Shown: positions 29,344-38,888, numbered from the whole stretch's first letter. The stretch is DNA of 58,564 nucleotides, filler included, from an uncultured Acidimicrobiales bacterium (GCA_943788915.1; 3 parts of 3 records of this genome joined end to end with filler, not necessarily neighbours in it); one strand, 5' to 3'. The notes: generated from the sequence alone by a model not told the origin. Made by a program: numbers and translations.

Positions 29344-29509
29344 GACTCCACTATCGCATGCATCGACTGAGAAAGGACCTGCGACTGAACCGATGTTGTA
29401 CCAAGGCGGACATGTCAACTGACCTCGGTCAGTGCGAGTCACCAGATCCAGCGGGGGTCGTACACGGCATCATCCAACTCGTATGACGAAGATGGGTAGA
29501 TGAAGTGGT

Positions 29510-29632
29510 TCACCGGGCGAAACCGCTCTGTTTGAGGCGAGGGGGCTTCACTGCAGGAAAGAAGCCGCGTTCGTAGGTGCGGAACGCTTCGGCGTCGGTG
29601 ACCTTCACATGGGCGATGAAGTAGGCCGGCAT
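29510..29632 (-). pseudogene. DUF1330-like protein, N-terminal remnant (40 aa)
   Basis: MPAYFIAHVKVTDAEAFRTYERGFFPAVKP, then unrelated sequence and a stop. GGAGA precedes the start. Confidence 0.55.
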
Positions 29633-29708
29633 TGCATTCTCCAGACTGTCGGTTTCTCAGCGGTGTTATGCGATGGAGTCGAACGTTGTCCCGAGCCGAA
29701 CCGGTGAT

Positions 29709-29738
29709 CTGCCATGGGCGCCCAGCAGCCCATGGCAG
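29709..29738. terminator. Hairpin downstream of the TIGR03086 gene
   Basis: CTGCCATGGGC-8nt-GCCCATGGCAG perfect 11-bp stem. Confidence 0.5.
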
Positions 29739-29786
29739 GGCAAGGCTCTTGCGCTGGGCCCGTGCTCAGATCGGTCGCCAGGCTGC

Positions 29787-30362
29787 CTAGTGCCGGGGGA
29801 TGGTGCGGCCGGTCGCGGCCATCAGGCGTTCGGTCGCGGTCGCGTCGTCGGGCACGTCGGCCGGTTCTCCGAAGAGGCCCATCGAACGTGATCCGTCTGT
29901 ACAGGCGTTCTCGATCACCGCCGCAAAACCAGGGATCGCCGCGTCGGGAATCTCAATTGTCGTCCCGGTCGCGTTCGCAAGGTCCCACGCATGGCCCATT
30001 GCATCGATGGTCGGAAAATTGATAACCGCTGCGCCAGGCAGTTCACCGAACGGCGTTGTGTGGACCTTAGATAACGTTCCATCCGCGCCCCAGGCCGCCT
30101 GCGCCTGAGCGATCGCATCGTCGGTGAGCGGCCGCAGATCGCCCTCGTAGGGTTTCGCGGACATCGTGTCTTCAATCGACACGATCTCTGTGCCACTAAG
30201 GAAACCGACCCAAAGCAGTTGGGAGTTGACTGCGTGGCTCGCCATCTGTCGAGCTGTCCACGGCTCACAGTTGGTGGCGGTTTCCATCTGCGACTCATCG
30301 AGTCCAGCGACCACAGAACGGAGTTGGTCGAGCGCGATCTTGAGTGTTTCTAACTGGTCCAT
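29787..30362 (-). CDS. TIGR03086 family protein (DinB/mycothiol maleylpyruvate isomerase N-terminal-like)
   Basis: TNCEPWT...H, TPFGELPG, HAWDLA.ATG and ERLMA.TGR motifs. Confidence 0.85.
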   Translation of the reverse strand: MDQLETLKIALDQLRSVVAGLDESQMETATNCEPWTARQMASHAVNSQLLWVGFLSGTEIVSIEDTMSAKPYEGDLRPLTDDAIAQAQAAWGADGTLSKVHTTPFGELPGAAVINFPTIDAMGHAWDLANATGTTIEIPDAAIPGFAAVIENACTDGSRSMGLFGEPADVPDDATATERLMAATGRTIPRH

Positions 30363-30462
30363 ACTGGCGGCCTTTCGTTTTCAGCTCAACCTACACCTTG
30401 CTGGCAGAAGCCGAGAACGGCCACAAAGTTCGCTGGCACATGGCTGACCCGGCGAGTGCGAG

Positions 30463-31422
30463 CTAGCCGATTCGTTCCAGAATGTGGTCGACCACGGTAG
30501 GGCCATGGGTGTTCTGCAGGAAGTGGCTGGCGTCAGCGATGACATCGATGGATGCTCCCATCTGATCGGCCCAGGCGCGACCCCATTCTTCGGTGAAAAT
30601 ATTGTCGGAACCGCCCCACACAAAGTGCACTGGCTTGTCCCAGCCGAGAAGCTTGTTGTAGTGCATTGTCTGAGCCGCGCCGTTTCCGCTGGCATAGTCG
30701 TTGTGCGGAATCGACAACGGAAACCATCGGCCTCCGTTGTATGCGGCGTCGGGTAGATCGCGGAAAGGCGCGGCCCAACCTGCATAGTTAATGGCGGCGT
30801 CTCCCGTGAGTTCAGGTTTGGTGCCAGCCATGAGCGCACCGAACAACATGCCTACGTCTGCAAGCTCGCCGTTCATGATCGGTATGAGCGCGAAGTTGGG
30901 TGATTCGCGGTGGAACGGGCCGCCCTCGAGCCAGCCATTGATCCACGCCTTGATTGCATCGCTGTACTCGTACTCAGGGTGATGAAGCCAGGTGTTCATG
31001 ATGACGAGCTGGCTGAATCGTTCTGGCATCGTGGCTGCTTGGGCCAAGCCAGTTGGGCCACCCCAGTCCTGGCACACGAGTGTTATGTCCTGCAGATCGA
31101 GGGTCGTGATGAGTGATGTGAGTACTTCGGTGTGGCGAGCGATCGTGTACCAATTGGGGTCGAGCGGTTTATCGCTTCGGCCGAAGCCCAGATGATCAGG
31201 AGCGATGCAGCGGTATCCCGCATCGACGAGCTTCGGGATCATGGTGCGATAGAGGTACCCCCACGTCGGCATGCCGTGCACCAGCAGCATCACGGGCCCA
31301 TCGATTGGGCCAACGTCCACGTAGTGGACCCTCATGTCTTTCCAGTGGTGGTAGTTCGGTTCGTAGGGCCAGTCGTCGAGGGCATCGAAGTGGGTATCGC
31401 CGGTACGAACGAACTCGGTCAT
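30463..31422 (-). CDS. Haloalkane dehalogenase-like alpha/beta hydrolase
   Basis: HGMPTWGYLYR, APDHLGFGRSDKP, nucleophile VCQDWGG, IMNT, APF, acid WGGSD and base ASHFLQ. Confidence 0.8.
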   Translation of the reverse strand: MTEFVRTGDTHFDALDDWPYEPNYHHWKDMRVHYVDVGPIDGPVMLLVHGMPTWGYLYRTMIPKLVDAGYRCIAPDHLGFGRSDKPLDPNWYTIARHTEVLTSLITTLDLQDITLVCQDWGGPTGLAQAATMPERFSQLVIMNTWLHHPEYEYSDAIKAWINGWLEGGPFHRESPNFALIPIMNGELADVGMLFGALMAGTKPELTGDAAINYAGWAAPFRDLPDAAYNGGRWFPLSIPHNDYASGNGAAQTMHYNKLLGWDKPVHFVWGGSDNIFTEEWGRAWADQMGASIDVIADASHFLQNTHGPTVVDHILERIG

Positions 31423-31671
31423 GGCGGAAAGGTTACTGAAGCGTTTGGCCCGGCACTAGCTGGTCGGTGTGCCTGTACAGGGTCGGTCTGGCGCCGACTG
31501 ATCATGGCGTCGACATCGATTTGGGTTCGGACACGGCCGACCTTTCGGTGCCGCCCTCGTCTCGCACGGCCGCAAGCGCAAAAGCGTCGACCCCCACATA
31601 GTTTTGGCAAGGCCGGCGAGTAGGTGTCCGTCTCTGCCGATGGCTGCGACAGGTTCGGTGGCTGCTATGAC

Positions 31672-31769
31672 ATGTCGGTGAGTTCGTATCTCTTATCTGG
31701 TCTGAAAGTCATCGATTGTGCGACGGTGATTGCAGCGCCGGCGGCGGCCACGATGTTGGCCGACTTCGG
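31672..31769 (+). CDS. CaiB/BaiF family III CoA-transferase, 5' fragment at contig end
   Basis: LLSGLKVIDCATVIAAPAAATMLADF(G) is the canonical N-terminus. Confidence 0.8.
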
Positions 31770-31869
31770 NNNNNNNNNNNNNNNNNNNNNNNNNNNNNNN
31801 NNNNNNNNNNNNNTTAATTAATTAANNNNNNNNNNNNNNNNNNNNNNNNNNNNNNNNNNNNNNNNNNNN
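31770..31869. other. Artificial contig linker N44-TTAATTAATTAA-N44
   Basis: Identical 100-bp construct to 18875-18974. Confidence 0.97.
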
Positions 31870-32088
31870 CCAAAGTTCACCCGACCCGTCGGCCGCGGTA
31901 ATGCCCGCCAAGGCAGACACATGGTTCAGATCGATGAGTGTGGTTGGCCTGGCCAACCGCATCGCTAGCAGCGGTACAAGGCTCTGACCGCCAGCGAGGA
32001 GTTTGCCCTCGCCATCGGTGGCGCTGAGCGCTTCGACCGCTTCGCCCACCGAGGACGGTCGCACATAGCTGAAGGGCGCAGGTTTCAT
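31870..32088 (-). CDS. Molybdenum hydroxylase FAD-binding (CoxM/XdhB-like) subunit, truncated by contig end
   Basis: MKPAPFSYVRPSS...LLAGGQSLVPLLAMRLARP...IDLN. TAATG overlap with the large subunit. Confidence 0.9.
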
Positions 32089-34415
32089 TACACGTCTCCC
32101 CGTGCGGTCTGCATCGCCGTCCACAACTTGGCCGGACTGACGGGCAACTCGTCGATCTCGATGCCGAACGCATCGTGCACCGCGCTGGCAAGGACCGCAG
32201 CAGGCCCAAGCGTGCCGCCCTCTCCTACCCCACGTACCCCAAGCGGATTATCGGCTGCCCGTTCGATGTGGCCGATCTGTAGCTCAGGGATCTCGGCCGC
32301 AGTCGGCATCAGATAGTCCATAAGTGTGCCGGTACTGAGATTGCCCAACTCGTCATAGATGAGGTGCTCGTACATGGCGCCTCCGATGCCTTGGGCGATC
32401 GAACCAGCGATCTGGCCTTCGACGATCTGGTGGTTGATGATCTTGCCCGCGTCTTCGATACAGACCCAGTCCATAATCTGGATCTCGCCGGTCACCGGGT
32501 CGATCTCGATCGCGGCCACCTGAACACCGGCTGCGAACGCACCCATCACTGGGTCATAGAAGCGGGTCGCGTCAAGACCAGGTTCGAAGCCAGGCGGCAG
32601 CCGGTTCGACTCGAGATAGGCCACCCGAGCAACATCTGCAACCGACCCAACCGGGGCCGGGCTGCCCACGACCTTGATCAGGCCATGTTCGATCACTAGG
32701 TCGTCGGCGTTGGCCTCGTAGAGCTCTGCTGCCAACCGGATGATGTCATCACGCACGGCAACCGCAGCACGGTGTGTCGCCCCGCCGGCGATAACTGCCT
32801 GGCGAGACGAGAATGCCCCAAAACCCCACAACGATTGATCCGTGTCGCCGTAACGGACATCGACATCGTCGTACGGTACGCCCATCGTCTCGGCGACGAC
32901 TTGGGCCATGGTGGTCTCCAGTCCTTGCCCTTGGCTGGTCACGCCGCTCAGCACAACCACTTTGCCGTCGGGGTTCACTCGCACCGTGCATGCTTCGTGA
33001 CCGGTGCGAAACGGCATACGAGGGCCAGCAGAGGCCGCTCGCCCGAGGCCGGTCAGCTCGTTATATGCCGCAAGGCCAATACCGATCGGTTTGCCGCCTT
33101 CGGTCCGCCGCCGGGCCTGTTCGGCTCGTAGTTCGACAAGGCCAATCCGCTCGACAGCGACATCGAGACACTCGCCATAATGACCGGTGTCGTCGACCAA
33201 CCTTGTCGGCATGCGGTAGGGCACGTCGTCGGGGCCGATCAGATTGATACGTCGAATATCGAACGGGTCGAGCCCCAGCGCGGCCGCACCGCTATCGAGC
33301 AGGCACTCCATCGCGTAAACGGTCGCTGGACGGGCAACGCCACGGTACGGGCCTGCGGGTGCGGTGTTGGTCGCCACACCGCGCACCGTGCACCGATAGT
33401 TATCAAGCTTGTACGGGCCGGTAAGCAGACCACCTGCCATGAGCGGTTCGATTCCCGCCGTCCACGGATAGACCGAGTACGCACCAACGTTGCACCACGC
33501 CTCGCCCCGAATTGCCAGCAGCGTGCCGTCGGCGTCGAAGGCCGCTTCGAGCTCATAGTGATGGTCGCGTGCAGCGGTTGCCGACGCCAGATGTTCGGCC
33601 CGGTCCTCAACCCACTTGACCGGGGTGCCAGGCAGCGACCGAGCAATGAGGCACAACGCAAGATCCTCGGGATAGATCACAGCCTTTGTGCCGAAGCCAC
33701 CACCTACGTCGGGAGCCACGACCCGCACCTGTGACTCCGAAAGCTCCAGAAGTTCTGCGAGCAGATTACGAACCAGGTGTGGGATCTGGGTTCCTGACCA
33801 GAACGTGAGCCGGTCGCCGTCCCACAATGCGACACCGGCTCGGCCTTCGATTGGATTGCCACCGTGACGATTGGTCGTCAGTTCACGCCGCACTGCGACC
33901 GCCGCTCCAGCGAACGCTGCGTCGACATCACCTGCGTCGAATGTGCGAGACAGCAACACATTGTCGGGTGCAGCGTCGTGCACCGGCACCTGCGGCAAGC
34001 TCCACGCCGACACAGTCGGTGCGAGCGGCTCGTAATCGATGATCAGCTGTTCGGCTGCGTCCTCGGCCAGGTAACGATCGGCAGCCACGATCGCCGCCAC
34101 TGGTTCGCCGGCAAACCGGACCTTGTGTCGTGCCAACGGCGGCTGCTCGGTCTCGACATAACCAGGCAGGGCCGACAGGGCGCGCAACGAGATGTCGAAT
34201 CCTGGCGAGGCGGAGGTGAACACATCGACCCCGGGCGGCAGCTCACTGAAATCGACGTTGGTGATCGCCGCGTGCCCATAACTGCTGCGCAAGAAGGCCA
34301 CGTGGCGCATTCGTGGCATCTCCAAGTCCGAGACGAAACGGCCGCGGCCGGTCAGGAGCCGTCGGTCTTCTTTGCGCCGGGGAGACGATGCCGGATCGTG
34401 ATGCAGAGTGCTCAC
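32088..34415 (-). CDS. Xanthine dehydrogenase-family molybdopterin-binding large subunit (CoxL-like, not a form I CODH)
   Basis: RKEDRRLLTGRG, TQIPH, DVGGGFG.K, GPYRGVARP, SQGQG, FSSR, EGQIAG and RGVGEGG motifs. Confidence 0.92.
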   Translation of the reverse strand: MSTLHHDPASSPRRKEDRRLLTGRGRFVSDLEMPRMRHVAFLRSSYGHAAITNVDFSELPPGVDVFTSASPGFDISLRALSALPGYVETEQPPLARHKVRFAGEPVAAIVAADRYLAEDAAEQLIIDYEPLAPTVSAWSLPQVPVHDAAPDNVLLSRTFDAGDVDAAFAGAAVAVRRELTTNRHGGNPIEGRAGVALWDGDRLTFWSGTQIPHLVRNLLAELLELSESQVRVVAPDVGGGFGTKAVIYPEDLALCLIARSLPGTPVKWVEDRAEHLASATAARDHHYELEAAFDADGTLLAIRGEAWCNVGAYSVYPWTAGIEPLMAGGLLTGPYKLDNYRCTVRGVATNTAPAGPYRGVARPATVYAMECLLDSGAAALGLDPFDIRRINLIGPDDVPYRMPTRLVDDTGHYGECLDVAVERIGLVELRAEQARRRTEGGKPIGIGLAAYNELTGLGRAASAGPRMPFRTGHEACTVRVNPDGKVVVLSGVTSQGQGLETTMAQVVAETMGVPYDDVDVRYGDTDQSLWGFGAFSSRQAVIAGGATHRAAVAVRDDIIRLAAELYEANADDLVIEHGLIKVVGSPAPVGSVADVARVAYLESNRLPPGFEPGLDATRFYDPVMGAFAAGVQVAAIEIDPVTGEIQIMDWVCIEDAGKIINHQIVEGQIAGSIAQGIGGAMYEHLIYDELGNLSTGTLMDYLMPTAAEIPELQIGHIERAADNPLGVRGVGEGGTLGPAAVLASAVHDAFGIEIDELPVSPAKLWTAMQTARGDV

Positions 34416-34416
34416 C

Positions 34417-35187
34417 TCAGACCATCGAGTATCCGCCGTTTACGGCAATCACCTGGCCCGTAGTCCAAGATGACAGCGGCGATGCAAGCAACAAGATCAT
34501 GGGGGTCACATCGTCGGGTCGGCCGAGGCGGCGAAGCGGATACATCGAGAGCATTTTCTTCATGCGCTCGTCGTCGGCCGCACCGGTGTGCTCGTCGAGG
34601 TTTTCGGTCTGTACGAGCGCAATGGCAACCGCATTAGCTCGAATGTTGTGACGAGCCATCTCCTTGGCGAGTGACTTGGTCAGCCCGATCGTGCTCGAAC
34701 GGGTGGCGGCAGTCACGAGCAGCCGAGACTCTCCGACTCGCCCGGAGTCTCCCATGAGATTGATGATGTTCCCGCCACCGTTGTCGGCCATCTGCTTTGA
34801 CACGATGTGTGAAATGCGAATCGTGCCGCCCACCGTGACGTCGATCTGGGGTGCCCAATCTTCCTCGGTCGTTTCGAAGAACGGTTTGGACTGGGTCGCC
34901 GCCGCGTTGTTGACCAGTACCTGGATCGGCCCGATAGCGCCTGCGGCAGTCGCTGCAACTCCAGCCTCGACCGACGCACGATCCCGCAAGATCGGCGCCG
35001 ACGGCGATCGCTTTCAAGCCCGCGGCTCGGGCGGCGCTCAGCCGCAGCTTCGGCCCCGTCCTTCGACGAGTTGTACAGAAACGGCAACGTTCGCCCCTTC
35101 GGCCACAAACGCCTGGCCGATGGCCAGACCCAGTCCTTGGCCTGCGCCGGTGACCAATACGTTTGTTCCTGCGAGTTGAAGATCCAC
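34417..35187 (-). pseudogene. SDR family oxidoreductase (atypical active site), frameshifted near 34985-35080
   Basis: VLVTGAGQGLG N-terminus in one frame; LVNNA, DSGRVGE, TAATR, YPLRRLG and TGQVIAVNGG in another. Confidence 0.82.
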
Positions 35188-35198
35188 TGCAAAGCCTT

Positions 35199-36742
35199 TC
35201 AGAGCTGTTCGGGAATGTCTTGTTGAAGTTGGAAGCGTTTCGTCTTGCCCGAGCCGGTGCGAGGGATGACGTCCGTCGTGAAGACGTGCGCGGGCACCTT
35301 GAACGACGCCAGCCGTTCCCTCACCGCTCTGCTTGACCGCTGCTGCATCCACGCTGGCTGCCTTGGGCGGGTACCACGAAGACCACGGGCACTTCGCCTA
35401 GGTCATCGTGTGGCATCGCTACTACGGCCGCGTCGGCCACGCCTGGCGAGTGCATGACCGCCTCTTCGACCTCGGCCGGGTAGATGTTCTCGCCACCGCG
35501 GATGATCATCTCTTTGGTGCGGCCGCTGATCGTCAAGAAGCCGTTGGTATCGCGGCGAGCGAGGTCACCGGTTCGATACCAGCCATTGTGGAGTACCTCG
35601 GCGGTGGCTTCGGGATTCTCGAAGTACCCCTGCATCAGACCTGGCCCAGACACCCACACCTCACCATCGATATCTGGATCGACGTCGACTCCCGTCGCTG
35701 GGTCGACGACCCGTACGCCCACGCCCGTCACGGCAAAGCCGCAAGAGCCCGCCACCCGCGAGCTGTTCGGCCAGTTCATCGCCACCATCGTAGATGTCTC
35801 GGTAATCCCATAGCCATCGAGCAGTTCGACGCCGAACCGTTCCTCGAACGCATCGTTGGCCGGTCCGGGCAGGATCGCGCCCGCGCTAACACAACGGCGG
35901 AGATCAGGAAAGGTTTCATCGTCGCTGGTGCCATGCAGCAAGTACTGGAACATCGTGGGCACACCCGCAAGCATGGTGCAGCCGCCGGCCCGAAGGTGGT
36001 CGAGCACCTCGTCGGTCGAGAAGCGGTCCATGATGTGAACCGTGGCGCCGGTAGCAACCACTCCGAGAACACACAGGTCCAGCGCGTACGAGTGGAACAG
36101 CGGAAGCGGACTGAGCAGGGTGTCATCGGCGCCAAGCCCCAACATCGGCGACCAGCACACCGCCACCATCCACAACATCGACCGTTGCGTCAACATGACA
36201 CCTTTGGGCCGGCCTGTTGTTCCCGACGTATAGAGCAGGAATGCGGTCTCGTCGAGACTCAAGTCGTCGGGCGCTGGTGTGTCAGGCGTGGTCGTCGCCA
36301 GGGATTCATAGTTCAGGGGCCCGTCGACGGGTTCACCAATGACGACTACCGAGATGTTCGACCGGCCGTCGCTCAGCAGATCTTCGATAACAGGCAGCAG
36401 CTGTGTATCAGTGATGATCAGCTCGGCGCCGCAGTGGTCGAGTTGATACGCGATCTCGGGTCCTGCAGCATTGGGATTGATACAAACAGCAACCATCGAC
36501 GCTCGTACCAGCCCCAGATAGGACTCGGCGACTTCAACGCCATTGCCAGCCACGATCAGTCCCCGAGCACCACGTCCGCTCGCCATCGCGGCAAAGTGTC
36601 CACCAAGGTGGGCGGTCCGCTCGTCTAGCTCGCGATAGGAAACCGACCGACGCGCATCGATGAACGCTGGCTTCTCACCATGTGTCGCTGCCTGATCGTG
36701 CAACAACTGAGCGACCGGCGTTACGAGTTGAGTATGAATCAC
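35199..36742 (-). pseudogene. Acyl-CoA synthetase/ligase, frameshift near the 3' end (possibly a sequencing indel)
   Basis: YTSGTTGRPKG, GYGITE, WYRTGD and GRTKEMIIRGGENIYP motifs. The true C-terminus RERLASFKVP...PRTGSGK...-TGA (35199) is in another frame. Confidence 0.88.
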
Positions 36743-36771
36743 CTTGGTTCGACCCTCATCTACGTGCCTAG

Positions 36772-37500
36772 CTACTCGCCACGAAAGATCGCAGAGCGCT
36801 TTTCGGCTCGCGCTGCGAGTCCTTCTACGAAATCCTCACTCTTCCAACAGGCTTCGAATGCTGACTGTGCTTCGGTTGAATCGTGACTGCCGTTGGCGAG
36901 TGCGTCGACCGTGGTCTTGATATACCGCAAGGTCAGCGGCGCCATGCCTGCGAGATCTGCCGCAAGGGTCACGGCATCATCGAGGGTGCCGCGTTGGTCG
37001 ACCAGGCCAACCATGGCGAGATCATCAGCCGCGATCCGGGCACAGGTCATGAGCAGTCGTCGAGCGGGACCGCCGCCAACCAAGGCGACCAGGCGTTCGA
37101 TTGTCCACGGATCGACGGCAAGGCCAAGCCGAGCGGTCGGCACCGCGAAAGTCGCTGTCGGGGCGACCACCCGCAAGTCACATGCGATCGCCAGCTGCAA
37201 ACCAGCGCCAATCGCATGGCCGTTCACCGCTGCCACAACCGGCATCGGAGCCGATGTGATCGAGCGCAACATGTCGAACAACGCTGCACGGAACTCGCCG
37301 CCAGAAACCTCGCCAAAATCCGCACCAGCCGAAAATGCACGACCCTCGCCGGTAATAACCAAGCTTCGATCGCCTCGTTCGATACTGGCACGCACTCCGT
37401 TGGCGATGCCGGTCGCGTGTTCAGCGTTCAATGCATTCGCTCGCTCGTCTCGGTCGATCGTCAGCACCGAGAAGCCGTCATTCGCATCTACACGAATCAT
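36772..37500 (-). CDS. Enoyl-CoA hydratase/crotonase family (EchA6-like)
   Basis: RANAL, AFSAGAD, VNGHAIGAGLQLAIACDLR and SEDFVEG...AEKR motifs. Confidence 0.9.
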   Translation of the reverse strand: MIRVDANDGFSVLTIDRDERANALNAEHATGIANGVRASIERGDRSLVITGEGRAFSAGADFGEVSGGEFRAALFDMLRSITSAPMPVVAAVNGHAIGAGLQLAIACDLRVVAPTATFAVPTARLGLAVDPWTIERLVALVGGGPARRLLMTCARIAADDLAMVGLVDQRGTLDDAVTLAADLAGMAPLTLRYIKTTVDALANGSHDSTEAQSAFEACWKSEDFVEGLAARAEKRSAIFRGE

Positions 37501-37734
37501 GGAGCACCTACCCGAGCCGTCATCGTCATGATCTCCCCCAAGCAAGCGAACCGGATGGCACATCCAAGTCTCGCCGCCACGACCGCAGCCGCGCAAACCG
37601 TGCCCGACAGCTGGGTACCCCAACCTGCGAACGGAAGGTGACCGCAGTCGCATCTGCTGTGTTGCAGTGGCGACAGTTGTTTGTCGTCGACAGGATCATG
37701 ATCTATCTGTCCCCAAACAAATCAAGGAAGAACA

Positions 37735-37863
37735 ATGGACCCCTTCATCGGTCAGATCCAACTCACCAGCCCAGCTATTCCGGCTCAGCCAAATCGCCGG
37801 GCGTTCTACGAGGTCGTCGCTCAAGTACGCAAGGATTCAGGTGAGGCGCACCTCGACTACTGA
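37735..37863 (+). pseudogene. 42-aa ORF whose first 10 residues resemble a phage tail-collar (microcystin-dependent protein) N-terminus
   Basis: AAGGAAG RBS + MDPFIGQIQL, then unrelated sequence and TGA TAA. Confidence 0.35.
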
Positions 37864-37893
37864 TAATCACCATGGAGAACTGACCACCGAGCC

Positions 37894-38675
37894 TCAGCGC
37901 ACCTCGAGCTCGGCGACTTGGGCCCGAGCAACATCACGCAGGTGTCGACGCAGTCTTACCAGGCCGAGGTCGTGGTTATAGAGCTGCTCTCGTCCGTCGG
38001 GTTCCATGTTTTCGAGCAGGTTGCGGTCTTGTTCAAGCACTGCCCAGTGGCGGGCCTCGAGCCGATTGCGGTACAGGAATCGCCACACGTCACGTTGCCA
38101 TCCCTGGACCCGGCAGACGCGCCAGAAGAACACCGAGGTCAACGTCTCACCATTGGCTCCGGCTGGCGTGTACATACCGACGATGCCAAACTTTGGCGTC
38201 GGCCCGCCGGTCGGCGGGTATGGGATCTCAAGCCGCATCCACATGAGATCGGTGTCCCCAAACTCGGTCCAGTCGAAGTTCAGACCCCGTTGCCCGTTCT
38301 TGGCGAAGACATAACCGGTCTCGGTCTCGGTTGTGCTGAACTCGGCGACGCTGGTTCCCTCGGACATCGAGTGGGACACTCGGTGCAGGAACGCTCCGTG
38401 TGCCGGATCCATCACGTTGTCGGCGATATCTCGGTAGTCACCTTTCCACTCCACGTAACAAAGGAAGTGGCTGCACTCCTCGGAGGACAACTCCTCTGGA
38501 AGCACAAGCTCTGGCGCCGAGTCGAGATGAGGATCGACGCTGTTGTAGAGAAAGATGGCACCCGCGGCCTCGGTTGCGTGGAACACCCTGGTCGGTCGCC
38601 GACCATCGAGCCCACAACCCGGGCTTCCCGGTACGTTCACGACCACGCCATCGTGACGGACCTCGACCGCGGTGC
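37894..38675 (-). pseudogene. Rieske oxygenase alpha subunit (VanA/phthalate 4,5-dioxygenase-like group) lacking most of the Rieske domain
   Basis: Catalytic motif DNVMDPAHGAFLH and VLEQD are intact. The frame begins at VEVRHDG.V.NVPGSPGC with no CxH...CxYH ligands and no convincing start. Confidence 0.75.
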
Positions 38676-38888
38676 CCTCATTGCGGCTACTGCCACAAGC
38701 ATGGCGCTGCTCCTAGGCACCGTAAAGGGCACTGCTGGAAGGGTGACGGTGGCAACTATCACTACTTGTATCACGTACTTGATCTCACAGCGAAAGAGAT
38801 CACAAAGGCGCTGACTACCCGTCGACACGATCAGCCCGTAGTGGTCAAGCGTTAACGAGTTCCGTCCCTACGTGAGACTCTTAAGCGT

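Noticed and set aside
32088..34415. Aerobic carbon monoxide dehydrogenase (coxL)
   Set aside because: The active-site loop is PYRGVAR, not AYxCSFR; there are no cox accessory genes, and the order is L then M.
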